A DNA stretch of 63,155 nucleotides, filler included. It is 14 parts of 14 records of this genome, joined end to end, with 100 filler letters (N's around TTAATTAATTAA, not from the genome) between each part and the next. Parts side by side here need not be neighbours in the genome. Positions count along the whole stretch, not along the records: positions 1 to 5,935 come from SRR15195285_1957; positions 6,036 to 10,792 come from SRR15195285_1960; 12 more parts are not named here. The stretch is one strand, 5' to 3'. This document shows positions 1-10,892 of the stretch, piece after piece. Position 1 is the stretch's first letter. Every line of letters starts with the position of its first letter. Made by a program: the position numbers and the translations under genes. The notes under the pieces are model-generated. The model ran no database searches and was not told the DNA's origin. It worked only from the letters and a program-made list of their open reading frames with translations.

Positions 1-839
1 GGGCGAGCGAGGCGCTGGACGGCGCAGGGGCGTGGGGATAATAGCGATGCAGAGGGACGATGCCAAGCCGGTGGCCCGGCCGCAGGGGGCGAACCGGAGG
101 ACGCGGACGCTGGCGGAGTGGTGCGCGTTAAGAAAGTACCAGTACACCGTCGTCACGGGCAGTGGTGAGTACGGGCGCCGCCTCCGCCTCGGGTTTCGTA
201 TCTCACAAGTTCACGTTCATGCGCAGTGATGCTCGACTGGCCGGAGACAGTGGCGCTCCATGTTGTGATGGCGGGGGCGGTATACCTGTGCTACTATTCG
301 GCGGCGTACCTTGGCGAGGGGATCGCTAATGTTGTGCGGGTGATGCAAGGGGAGCCGACGATCTTGGAGCCCCAAAGGTCATTATGACCCACGGCCGGAC
401 TCCAGAGATAACTGGTGGCGGTGGGGTGTAGATATTTTCGCGGCCGATGCGAACTGCGCAGTTGGGCTGGGGCTGGGCCGCGCAGGCAGAGCGCGGGCTG
501 CGTGGACGCATGTACGAGCTGTGGGTGGGGTGGGGTTCCGTGGGGGGCGCTGTTTCGCTGAGGAGGTGCGTAGACACCTGGGAAGCCCGTACGTATATCA
601 CGGAAGCCAGACACAGTGTGTCGCGGCGGCGGTACTATATGAGGTGGATTGGGACGGAGGTATAGCGCTGTATCTATCTCTATGAAAACAATTGTTATAA
701 AATACCCGCTGACCAAAACATTTTTAATAGAATGCGCGCCGGCTCGCGCGCTGTAGACACGTGTCCGCTGGTCGGCACGATCTCGAGCGCTGCTGCCACT
801 GCGCGCCCGGGTGTACTGACACAGCAGCAGCCACTCCTC

Positions 840-2299
840 TTAAAGGGTTGACGACAGTGAAACGACTTTTAACTTCGCCATAGAGCTGTGTACTTGAGAG
901 TCCCGTTCCTCCCGCACAGCTGCACTGAAGCCGTCCGCGCCACCGCTCTCCTGCAACTGCTCTGTCACGGCGATGCCCTTGTCCTCGAGGCGCAAAGTGC
1001 TGCTCTTACTCTTGCCCTTGCTCTTGCTCCTGCTCTTGCTTTTTTCTTCAGAGCTCTCGTCCTTACGCGAGCTCTTGCTGCGCTTTTCCTTCTTGCCCTT
1101 CTTCTCCTTGCTTCTCCCTCTCGACGATGAGCCCTCGGCACTGGTCTTCGTCTTGCCCCCACTGCTGCTGCTCCCGCTGGGGCGTAACGCTGCCTGTGCC
1201 TCCTCCAACCGTTGCCCTGCCGGAGCGTCCGCCCCGTCTTGTCTGTCGTCACTCCCGCTCACCGCAGCGGGCAGCTTGTCGTACGCGCCGCCACCGTCCA
1301 CACCTCCGCGCAGCCGGCTTCTCGTGTAGTAAGCGCCGTCCACGACCAGGTTGTATCCTGCCTTCCAGAATTCAGGGTGCGGCAAAGAGGCCAGGCCAGT
1401 AACCTGCTTCGTCTGCATGTTATACACGGACCCGATGATGAGATAGCTCGCCACGAGCGCCGAAAATATGACAACGATCGGCCAGCCCCTGCGCACGCGA
1501 ACGCCGCGCATGGCGCTAAATCAGTGTGCACACTGTGCGCAAGAGCAGCGCCCTGTGCGATCTGGATGGATTCGGTCCGCGCAGGTTGAGATGTGGGTCC
1601 ATCACGGCTTGTGTTCAAGGGTGGGTGCGCACCAGCACTCCGTTGCCCCGTCGAACCGCGCTGAGATCACGGCGGGAGCCACTTGTGCCGACCAATCCTT
1701 TGTGGTCCCACAGTAGCACTGCTTGCGAAAGCTCTCCTCAGTGGACGTCGCCGTGTAGTAAGCCACCGACACGCACGGCTGGTACTCGTGCTCGCTGCGC
1801 ACGAGCAAAGAGAGAGCGAGCGCGTCGATGAGTCCAGGTGCCGATGCGAGGGTCGGTGCGTGGTGGGGCGGCAGGCATGGGCAGCGCGGGTGAGCGGCTT
1901 CGGCGCACTCGTCATCAACCTGCTTGAGCGCCTCAAACTGGCACTCGCCAAGCGAGTCCACTTCTCCAAGCCACAGATAGTCTGTGTACGACGGGTCGGG
2001 GTAGCTGGAGCCCGCTCCGCACGGGGGCTGCGTGCCCATCAGATTGCAGCTCGGGTTCACGCGACCTTCGACGATGTTGATGCCGCGGTGTACCTCCCAG
2101 TTGGCGCACAGCGATGCGGACGCCCCCTGCGGCAACGAACGCGCGCGACGTCTCAGTACCCTGTACCGAGCAAGCCGCTCCCAAGGGCGCGACCCCAACA
2201 AAACGCAACAACAAGACGGACCTGCAACGAGAGCAGCCAGAGCGCGCTCGCCCTCCGCCCTCTGTCCTGCCATCGCAGACGACTGCACGACTGCGTCAT
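840..2299 (-). CDS. Type I membrane protein with Cys-rich luminal domain and M6PR/ATG27-like TM and cytosolic tail (4 exons)
   Basis: Spliced model: ATG 2299, GT-AG intron 2221-2127, and two more GTGCG...GCAG introns near 1908-1794 and 1631-1489. Signal-like ASALWLLSLQGASA; TM GWPIVVIFSALVASYLIIGSVYN followed by G..SLPHPEFW...LVVDG, the motif seen after the TM of CD-M6PR/ATG27-like proteins; K/S-rich tail. Confidence 0.6.
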
Positions 2300-2499
2300 G
2301 AAAAACAAGCGCACCCCTCCCACCTCCTCCTATCCTCCCCACGCCTCTCAAGCACCGCCACCACCTCTCACACGCACATCCCTCGCGCCTCCAGCACCCT
2401 CACAGGGTATGGTATGCGGTATGGGGGGCAATGCCAGCTGCCATCATCACCGTATGCTGTCCATTGTTTTGGCGAACGTAATTTCCAGGCACTACAGAA

Positions 2500-2565
2500 T
2501 GGTACAATTTTCCAATACAAAATGCACGAAAACTGAAAAGAACGGTACTCCGGCGCTTGATTTTG
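2500..2565 (+). repeat. Dispersed element A, copy 1 (inverted relative to 5611-5796)
   Basis: 2500-2519 is the exact reverse complement of 5777-5796, and 2546-2565 is the exact reverse complement of 5611-5630. Confidence 0.8.
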
Positions 2566-2668
2566 CATGAAAGCGACCGGCGACCTGGCGGCTCGGCGGA
2601 GCAACGATCAGATTCGACGCCTGGGTGCGATTCGAACGTTCACATGAATGGAGCGGAGATATCACTAG

Positions 2669-2748
2669 GAACTGGAGCGGACGCCTCTGACCACCTCGAG
2701 TCGCTTCCCTTTCCGGCGCATCACTATTGAAATTAGCATTGTTCTGAC
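2669..2748 (+). repeat. Dispersed element B, copy 1 (3' part)
   Basis: GAACTGGAGCGGACGCCTCTGACCACCTCG...GCGCATCACTATTGAAATTAGCATTGTT aligns with 21332-21415. Confidence 0.7.
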
Positions 2749-2984
2749 TGAGGTCAACTCTCATGGTCAAGGTCACGATCCTGGGCACTGCGGCCAAGGG
2801 GTCCGTTCTCCCTCTCGCTAATTTGCCTTCATCTCGATCTCACGTGGCCAGCCAGCTGTCCACCAGGGGTATAACAAGAGTCAAGACAATTCATATATAA
2901 ATGCCACTCAGCTCTCCAAAAATTGCTACGCAGTCCGAGTCCCTCACCGACCGTCGGCCGATACTGTACCGCCAGGGCGCTGCG

Positions 2985-3695
2985 ATGCTGCTGCGGCTGC
3001 AGCGCTGGGGCAGAGCAACGCAAGGTAGACGGCCTCCCGTGCCACTGAATGGGCTGTCGACCGTGCGTTCCGCACGGCTGGGCACCGCGGCGCTGCACCG
3101 AAAGGCCCTCTTGCGGAGAGCGGTGTGCCCAGGGGCGCAGCGCTGGATGAGCGACGGCCAGGCTGCTGGCGGCAGGGTGGATCATTTTGCGCGATTCTCC
3201 CTGGAGCCGTCCTTCGGCGTCGACCTTAAGGCGCTCAAGGCACACTACCAGGATTTGCAGCGTGGCTTTCATCCAGATACGCTCTCCGCGAATGGGATCA
3301 CGGCGCCGCACGACGTGGCGGCGGCGCAGGCGGAGTCCGCGTCGATCAACGACAGCTATGCGGTGTTGTTGAGCTCGCTGCGGCGGGCAGAGCACCTGCT
3401 AGAGCTGGCAGGCGATGGCCTGGCCGAAGGCGATGGCGTGGCCGACAGTGGACTGCTGATGCAGGTCATGGAGTGGCGCGAGGATATCGAGGACGCGCAG
3501 GATGCGAACGACGCGGGCGCGCTGGCGAGTCTGCGCGAGGAGTTCCTTGCGCTGCAAGCCGCGGCGGAAGACGGCGTTGCGGCAGCGTGGGAAATGGAGC
3601 CGCCCGACCTTGATGTGGCCAGGGCGGCGACGATACGATTGAAGTATACGCGGCGGGCTCTCGAGGAGATCGAGGGTTTACTCCCTGCTGCTTAA
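2985..3695 (+). CDS. HSCB: Fe-S cluster co-chaperone HscB/Jac1, probably mitochondrial
   Basis: Arg-rich presequence; J-domain DHFARFSLEPSFGVDLKALKAHYQDLQRGFHPD; SINDSY...RRAEHLL; C-domain LLMQVMEWRE...RLKY. Confidence 0.92.
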   Translation: MLLRLQRWGRATQGRRPPVPLNGLSTVRSARLGTAALHRKALLRRAVCPGAQRWMSDGQAAGGRVDHFARFSLEPSFGVDLKALKAHYQDLQRGFHPDTLSANGITAPHDVAAAQAESASINDSYAVLLSSLRRAEHLLELAGDGLAEGDGVADSGLLMQVMEWREDIEDAQDANDAGALASLREEFLALQAAAEDGVAAAWEMEPPDLDVARAATIRLKYTRRALEEIEGLLPAA

Positions 3696-4314
3696 CATGT
3701 GATGTTTCATTCGATTGCCACTATACCAATGGAGTCCGCAGCACTAGACCTGGTAGTGCTACAGGCCGGGCCAGGCTGTACTGGTTATCAGTCCTTAGCG
3801 TCAGCAGCTGTGATTGCCAAAGCATTTAGCAGTCATAGTTTGCCATCGCCCGGCGACGATTGCATTCGGACCTGGCTGTAGTGGTAATCAGGCAACAGCA
3901 TCGCACCAACGTAGTCATGACGTCAGCAGCCAACTAGGCATCGCCGGTCACAACCTGTAGTCCATCCGTTTGACCGACCAGCCCATTGCAAGTGCGCGTG
4001 GCAAATGCTATCGCTCTCTTGAAGCCCGGTAGATCAGGGGTGGCCACAGCATCCAGGCCTCAACGTAACCCTGCATTGCTACGCTGGCCGACGGTGTCTT
4101 AGTCTCTCGCAGCTTCCCGTGTTAACCTTCGGAAGGAGCCACACCTTGTCGGGAAGGCCGACGAGCGCAGTGCCCAAGCGAAGGACCGAAAGGTGACAAC
4201 TACGAGCTGAATGGAGCATGGAGGCAAAAAAGTGACAGGGGCAGCGCGGACTGTGTGAAGCAGGACAATGGAAAGAACGGATGAGAGGCTCGCTCGTGCC
4301 AGCTATTCTCATTT

Positions 4315-5535
4315 TCATGCACCAACGTCCATCGCGTCGGCGCCGTCCAGTGAAAGCTCCCGCACGCCATCCTTGTCAACGATCTTCACCATGAAATCCT
4401 GCGCGGCACCGATGGCAATCATGCTCGTGAGTGTCGGCTCGCAGCGAGATGATTAGTACGCTGGCCCAGGTCTACAGCTGCACATCCCTCTCCCACAGAG
4501 TGCGGCGATCGAGTGGCGGGCGATCGCAACGCAAGGCAGAGCAGTACGCACCCCAACGTCAACCATGAAGCGCTCCTTGATCTCCGCGATGCACTTCCGG
4601 CAGATGTCGAGCGCGTCGTCTACGCTAAGGCCCTCGCGGTAGTATCTATCGAAGGTGCTCATGATGAAGTAGCCGCAGTAGCCGTGCGCGCCAAACGGAA
4701 CCTTGCGGCAGGCGCCGAAGTAGTCCATCCAGTACAGCGACGGTTTCACTGCCGCCGCGTCTGCGCCCGCTGCGACCTCGCCCTCGCCCGGGAAGTCGCA
4801 GCCAGCGATGAGCATATTGACCGAGTACGGGCCCTTCCGGAGCGCCGTGGAGAGCTCGCGCCGGATAAAGCTAGACGTGGCGTGCGTGCTCAGCCCGAAC
4901 CCGTTTCTCTGCGCACACGATGGGCGGTGGGTCAGCTCGGAGGCACAGCCTCGGACGGCAGCACAGGCTCCGCGCGAACGAGACACCGCGTAGCGCTGCC
5001 GGCCACCGCACAACGCACCAAGTTGTACAAGTAGAGGTTGCGCTCCACGTAGTCGCAGAACTGGTGGACGTCACCGATCTCGCCGACGGCGCCAAGGATC
5101 TTGCGACCCACGCCCCCCTCGTTGAGGACCCGCAGCTTGTCCATGTTATTCTGCGCGCACGACAGCGGCAAGTTTTGAATGGTCAGCATTCAAAGCGAGA
5201 GGGAGATCGCAGCCGCAAGCGAGCCCCGAGCCACGCTACCCGCCAGAGCCCCAGGGGGGGCGGCGGGGGGACAAGCCCGCGTGAACCACCACGCTTCGTG
5301 TCTCCGCACCGCCCCTCCGCACCGCACCCCCGCGGGCAGCAAGCACCCCCCCAGGCGCCCAAGCAGCACCCCTTGCCCATCGCCCCTCATTTTTGCCCTC
5401 CGCCCAATTTTCACCCCCCCCTCTCAACCTGCACCCCTCCCAACGCACGTCCATCTTGACGATGCTCCGGCAGTGCGTCTTGTCCGCACAGACGATCACA
5501 AAGTCGTCCCCCGCCAGCCCGAAGATCGCGTCCAT
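4315..5535 (-). CDS. PSMB2: 20S proteasome subunit beta type-2 (beta4/PRE1), 4 exons
   Basis: Exons 5535-5449, 5150-5019, 4908-4552 and 4398-4315 joined by GTGCG...GCAG introns. Motifs MDAIFGLAGDDFVIVCAD, GEIGD, PYSVNMLIAG, LYWMDY, AHGY, VKIVDKDG. Confidence 0.95.
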
Positions 5536-5610
5536 CCTCTGCGCCCCCAGCGTATTCACAGCCCAGCGCGATATACAGTACCGGATAGCAATCCCAGCAC
5601 GATTCTCAGC

Positions 5611-5796
5611 CAAAATCAAGCGCCGGAGTATTTTAAATGTCAAGTTTGAGCTATCAGTACCGGAAAATACTACCATTCAGGCATTCTGTGCAACACTTCT
5701 TCTGTGGTTGAAAATGGCGAATTCTGTCCAAGCGCTGGCTTAGTCATTCCCTGATTGTTCCATTTTTGGGGCAGTCTGTATTGGAAAATTGTACCA
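5611..5796 (-). repeat. Dispersed element A, copy 2 (longer internal spacer)
   Basis: Two 20-bp exact inverted matches to 2500-2565. Confidence 0.75.
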
Positions 5797-5865
5797 AAAA
5801 CCCAAGGGCTATTCTGTGTTCCAGCATCAACTGGAATTCGAGGTACAGAGAAAGGAGGACTTGAG

Positions 5866-5935
5866 GGTCACAGGGTGGGTTGGATTCGTTGGGAGTACAG
5901 TAAGGAAAACTCACCGAGAACTGCAGCGCACCGCT
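5866..5935 (+). repeat. Dispersed element B, copy 2 (truncated by contig end)
   Basis: GGTCACAGGGTGGGTTGGATTCGTTGGGAGTA..AGGAAAACTCACCGAGAACTGCAG aligns with 21285-21349. Confidence 0.8.
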
Positions 5936-6035
5936 NNNNNNNNNNNNNNNNNNNNNNNNNNNNNNNNNNNNNNNNNNNNTTAATTAATTAANNNNNNNNN
6001 NNNNNNNNNNNNNNNNNNNNNNNNNNNNNNNNNNN
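5936..6035. other. Artificial contig spacer (first of 13 identical spacers)
   Basis: N44-TTAATTAATTAA-N44, which has stops in all frames. Recurs at 10793, 15396, 21433, 26057, 29163, 33081, 36816, 41233, 46141, 50407, 54799 and 60007. Confidence 0.99.
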
Positions 6036-6041
6036 TTCAAG

Positions 6042-9000
6042 ATGCCAAAAAAGGCTAAAACCAAGCTGTCGAAGGAATCTACAGAAAAGTGCGCACGACG
6101 TCTCTCTCTCCGTCTCTCTCTCTTCGCCTTGCCGAGTTGTCTCGATCCTATGTTGACTTGATTCTTCGTCTTCGGCTGGCAGGTTCTCGCGAGGCGGACG
6201 CAAGGGGCTACCCTCGATCGCTAAGGGAACCGCACACGTAGCACAGACAATGTTCGAGCAGTCTGCCACGATGTGAGTGCAGCAGTTGCACGTTTCGTGA
6301 ATCGATGATTGTCACCTCACTAAGTGCTGCTGAACAGAATCAAGAGATCTGCACACGGACAAGCGGCCGGGGGGGATGGCAGCGCGCTGAGCAGGATCCA
6401 AAATTTGTCGCGTGCAGGCGCGCTGACGCGCGAGGCTATGGCAGATCCAGACACGATGATCTTTGGAGAATATGCGTTCATGATACGCGGCAACATGCTG
6501 ACAGATTATCTTGCCGAGGACACTGACTGGAGGCAAAACATCAGCAACATGATGAAACTGCGTGAATCATTCGACTCTGCCGACATTGACGGCAACAACG
6601 AGCTCGAGCAGCATGAGCTGGAGTTCGTCATGATGTCTATGCATCCGAGAGTAAACCTAACGCCAGAGGACATCCAAAGCTTCTGGAACGTGCTGTGTCC
6701 CGAAGGGGAGTTGAAAATCGGCTTTGCGCAGTTCGTCACGGGAATGGTTGAAGCTGAAAAAATTCCAAGTCTTCGATCGAAGTTCTCGATAAATATCCCG
6801 AACCGTTTCGAGCTGCTGTCGCTGGTCATTGACTCACCTATCAATCAGGCTGAATCAAATATGCTTTATGAAAGGATGAACCCACTTGAGAAGGTCGGCG
6901 TTCGAATCCTACGCAACGTTGAGATTGCAGCACAAACCGCTTCGTACAACGCCCTCAAGGAAAAGCAAGACTCCCTCCTGGAGTCGTTGCAGAAGCAACT
7001 CGATGAGGCCTTCGGCGCAGTAGAGATCAGTGACAACGGTGTTCCAGAAGCCGTCGCCTTGCTTCTCGAGCAATTGGAAGCAAACAATGCAAAAAGCCTG
7101 ACAAATCTGAAGGAAGACCAGAAAGACGCCTTGAAAGCGAAGGTGGTTCTGGCTTGTGAGGGCAGGTTGCATGTCCTAACTGGGAAGCAGCGTCGTGCGG
7201 TGACGAAACTTCACTTCGGATGTGTGCTCCAGGCAGCTCTGATCGGAGCTGTGTTCACGATATTGCCTGGGTTACTAGAGAATTTTCTAGTGTACTACTT
7301 CGAAACCGACGGGATGATTGACGCGTACTGGACCTGCCCGTATGAGACACGAGGTCCAGGTGGCCGAGGACCAGACCTCGGCGACACGGAGTGGATCGGA
7401 GGCAGCTTGGAAGAGCCTTTTGCTGGCATGCCTTTGTGTCCGTATGGAACCTGCACATCAATTCCAGCAGATCCGCGGGCTGTGGTCAATGGCACTGTCA
7501 AAAACGGCGGCACATGGACAAACAGCCAGACGGATTTGTCTTATGATTGCCAAATTGAGAACCCATTTCCAGAGGACTGCCCTATGATAGTCTCTGGTGA
7601 CTGCCCCGATCCTGACACGTGTCCTGATAGTGATCGAAGAGCCGTAAAGCGGCAAGCTAGCTGTGCTGTGTCTCCGAGCTGGCGCTGGTGCAACGCAGAG
7701 CTTTTTGGAGATGACGTGATATACTTTTGTAGCCCACTGCTGGCGACACCGCTGCACAGTCCGCGTTTGCATTACTGGTGGCTCGTGAATGTGATTGGGA
7801 TCGTCGTGGGGATTGTGTTTGAGCTGTCCCTGCTGATGTACACCGCGCTACGTTCTGTGGTGATGGTCTCAGAAGCAGTTGGGCTCAGACTGATCCCACT
7901 GAATCAAGACCGGGCTTTCGTCGCAGAGATGTTGATCCGCGCAGCTTTTGAAATGGTACGCGCAGGTGTTCAGTTGCTGCCATCTAATGTCGTACATCTT
8001 GTTGCGAAACGAATGGATCTTACTGCCTGTTGTTCTGCATCTTCATGGACAGGGAGACCCAGAAGGAGAGATTCTCGGGATTCAGACTGAATTGGAAGAC
8101 AAAAAAGATGAGGATGGCCGATGGCAGAAGCTGAACACTGCATTTTCAGCCCTATGGTACAAGGGAAAGGCGGTCATTACTGGCACAGTGCTGAAACAGG
8201 TGCTGCTTCCGAACCAAACTTTCAGTTGGCAACATGCTCAAATATGACTTCTCTCGTTGTTTTTACAGATATGCATCCGTGTAACAACATACGACACAGC
8301 GACATGGATCAAACCGTACTTCGGTGTAACAGTCGCGACGGTGCTGTGGGATTCGATGACATGCCACTCCATAATGAAGGATGCCGAAACTCGTGCTATT
8401 GGTGTCACTACAGGCATTGAAGTATTTAACGAGATCATGGACACATACGTGCCCAACTACGAGTCAGTAACGCCACAGACAGCTATGTGAAGCACAGTAG
8501 CGTGCTACTCAACGTCTTCTGATCCTGCTGCTCAACTGCATCGCAGATCAAATCCAAAGTCTTTATCAGAGACGGCGAGATTGCAGCTACTCCGGGCTAT
8601 AGGTGTAGCTATCGTTAAGAAGGGCTCAATGTTTCCGACGATGGAGCTGATGCTTCGGCATGCCCGTGAGTTGAACCGTTCTGTGTCATATGTTCAACGA
8701 TATCCAGATCTCAACTCATTGAACATCGGTGACACTATATTTGCAGTCAACTATTTGGGCATGAAGAGAAATCCGTTGATATCTATGAGTGGAGTGCTCG
8801 ATAGCGAAACAGATTTCATTGCAGACATGTCCTTGATATCACTTGAAGAGGCCCGTGCTGTATTGTGCGTCTACATGATGTGCTGTGCGCTGGATGGCTC
8901 TATCGACAACAAAGAGTTCGTACTGTGGAAAGCGCTCCTCTTGAAGGTTCGAACACTGCCAGCTGCTGCCTGTAAGGCATAATTTGCCTCTGACACTGAC

Positions 9001-9397
9001 ACAATTCTACGCCGTTGGTTCCGTATATTGCATTGTAGATGGAAGAGAAGTCTCAATCAGAAAACGATGGGAAAAAGGTGACAGTAGCGTCAAAGTTCGC
9101 GTGCCAAGTAGTTTGTCAACGGTTTCGCAACTGCTATCCGATCACGCGCGAGATTCTCACCGCATGCTTCGACCCAACGGCATATAAGAAGCTACGCAAC
9201 CGCGAATTTCAGCCGCAAAATATCCTGGTACATTTACACTACGCTCACGTTGCCTGTTGCGCGCGTTCCTTATTTGTGTAAGATAATGTTACGTTCCCTA
9301 ATCACGTAAGAGAAATCACTGTGGGCAGATTTTCTACTGGAGACAATTCACTTCAAGTGTGGTGAACTTCTTAGTCAAAGGACGGCTGCAAGCATGA
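6042..9397 (+). CDS. Multi-exon EF-hand membrane protein with Cys-rich loop and C-terminal TerB-like helix motif
   Basis: ATG 6042; about 8 GT-AG introns reconnect ORFs 6324, 7948, 8257, 8581 and 9039 in frame; stop 9395-9397. EF loop DIDGNNELEQHE; TM segments AALIGAVFTILPGLL and WWLVNVIGIVVGIVFEL; CCALDGSIDNKE. Confidence 0.7.
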
Positions 9398-9492
9398 TGA
9401 TGGCCAGAAAGGATGATCTACGTGCCACTGTACGCCAACTGGATTATTTTATAAATTCATCAGGGATGGAGCGAAGACACTGAGCATCACTC

Positions 9493-10660
9493 TCATCGTG
9501 GCCCGGTCACCTCGCCTTGTCGTTTAGCCTCAAGCTGTTCACGCAGCTGCTCGTTCTCTTCGCGCAATTTTGCGAGCTCCAACTGGTCCTTAAGCTTCGC
9601 GTTCTCAGCACGCAATTGCACCACCTCCCCTCCATCACTTGTCTCCTTGTTGGTTGTAATGAGCGACTTGTGCTCGCCGTCGTCCTCGTCTACGTCCACT
9701 GCTTTTATAGTGGATGCCGTGGAAGGATGAGGAGTGCTGGCACCAAGTTTCTTAGGTTCGTCAGCGCAATCTGCTGGAAGTGTGGCCCTGCCAAGAGAAA
9801 GCATAGCGGAAGCGAAGACATCTTCAGACAAACGAAGTCAACTCGGTCGCTTCTATTTAGGCAGTGTGTTCGGTCTCCGGCGTTTGGGCAAAGGCCCATG
9901 AGAGCAGCGAGGACATTGCGAGGTACTTACGCTGCGGTAGAACCAACGACACACGCCGCGATCATCAGGCCCCACACTCCAGAGTAGCTGCTCTCTTCAC
10001 TCGGTTCTCCCTGTTCCGTCCACCAATAATGAATTGGACTCAACCGGATCCAACGCTATGCAACACATGGAGTGTGCATGCAACACACCGAGAGATTAGA
10101 CACTGCGAGCAACACAGCGTAGCCGCCGAGCATTGCAGCCTGTTGCAGCATGTTAGTAAACGCGGAGACGTTGCTGAGATTCTTTCCAGAGATCCGTGCC
10201 ATCACCTATCACACCGAAGGGCAATCTCACAGGGTCACAAACCATTACCAACTGGCGCTGATTGAGTGGCTGGTTTCTGCTCACAATAGCGTTTGCCGGA
10301 AGGTTCGAGACAAATTGTCCAAACGCCCAGAACAGTAGCTGTGCCACTAGCACCGGCCGCAGGGTTTGCAGCGGCAACTTGGCAACCCACGGCAGGGCAA
10401 TGACTGAGACTGTGTTGATAAAGGCCCCAACGTGGATCAGAAGTCTGTAGGGCGGGTTAGGCCGCTTCATGATTGTCCGTGACAGCGTAAATGACACCGC
10501 TGCTCCCATCGCCGGCTACGAGTGAAAAGACACAAGCACGCATTTGGACACATTCCCACTCAGCCGCAATTGCTTCGTGTGCACTCAGCGACAATCCGTC
10601 AGCATTGAGCCCCTATCGACCGACCAGTTGCAAAACGGGAGATACAAAAGATGACGCAGA
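9493..10660 (-). CDS. Multi-pass membrane protein, possibly MFS-like transporter (3' part, spliced)
   Basis: Hydrophobic helices in ORF 10153-10509 and YSGVWGLMIAACVVGSTA near 9930-9987; coiled-coil tail in ORF 9493-9831. Exon structure not fully resolved. Confidence 0.4.
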
Positions 10661-10892
10661 TGAGTGATCAGATGTCAGGGCGATAGGTTCCGAACGCACT
10701 CTAAACATGATGAGGGCTCCCTGATTAACAACCACCAAGAAACACACTCAGCATTTCGACACTTCAACATGCCTGAATTGTCGTGTCTAACANNNNNNNN
10801 NNNNNNNNNNNNNNNNNNNNNNNNNNNNNNNNNNNNTTAATTAATTAANNNNNNNNNNNNNNNNNNNNNNNNNNNNNNNNNNNNNNNNNNNN

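Noticed and set aside
1-780. Short ORFs at the window start
   Set aside because: No motifs, no consistent coding frame.
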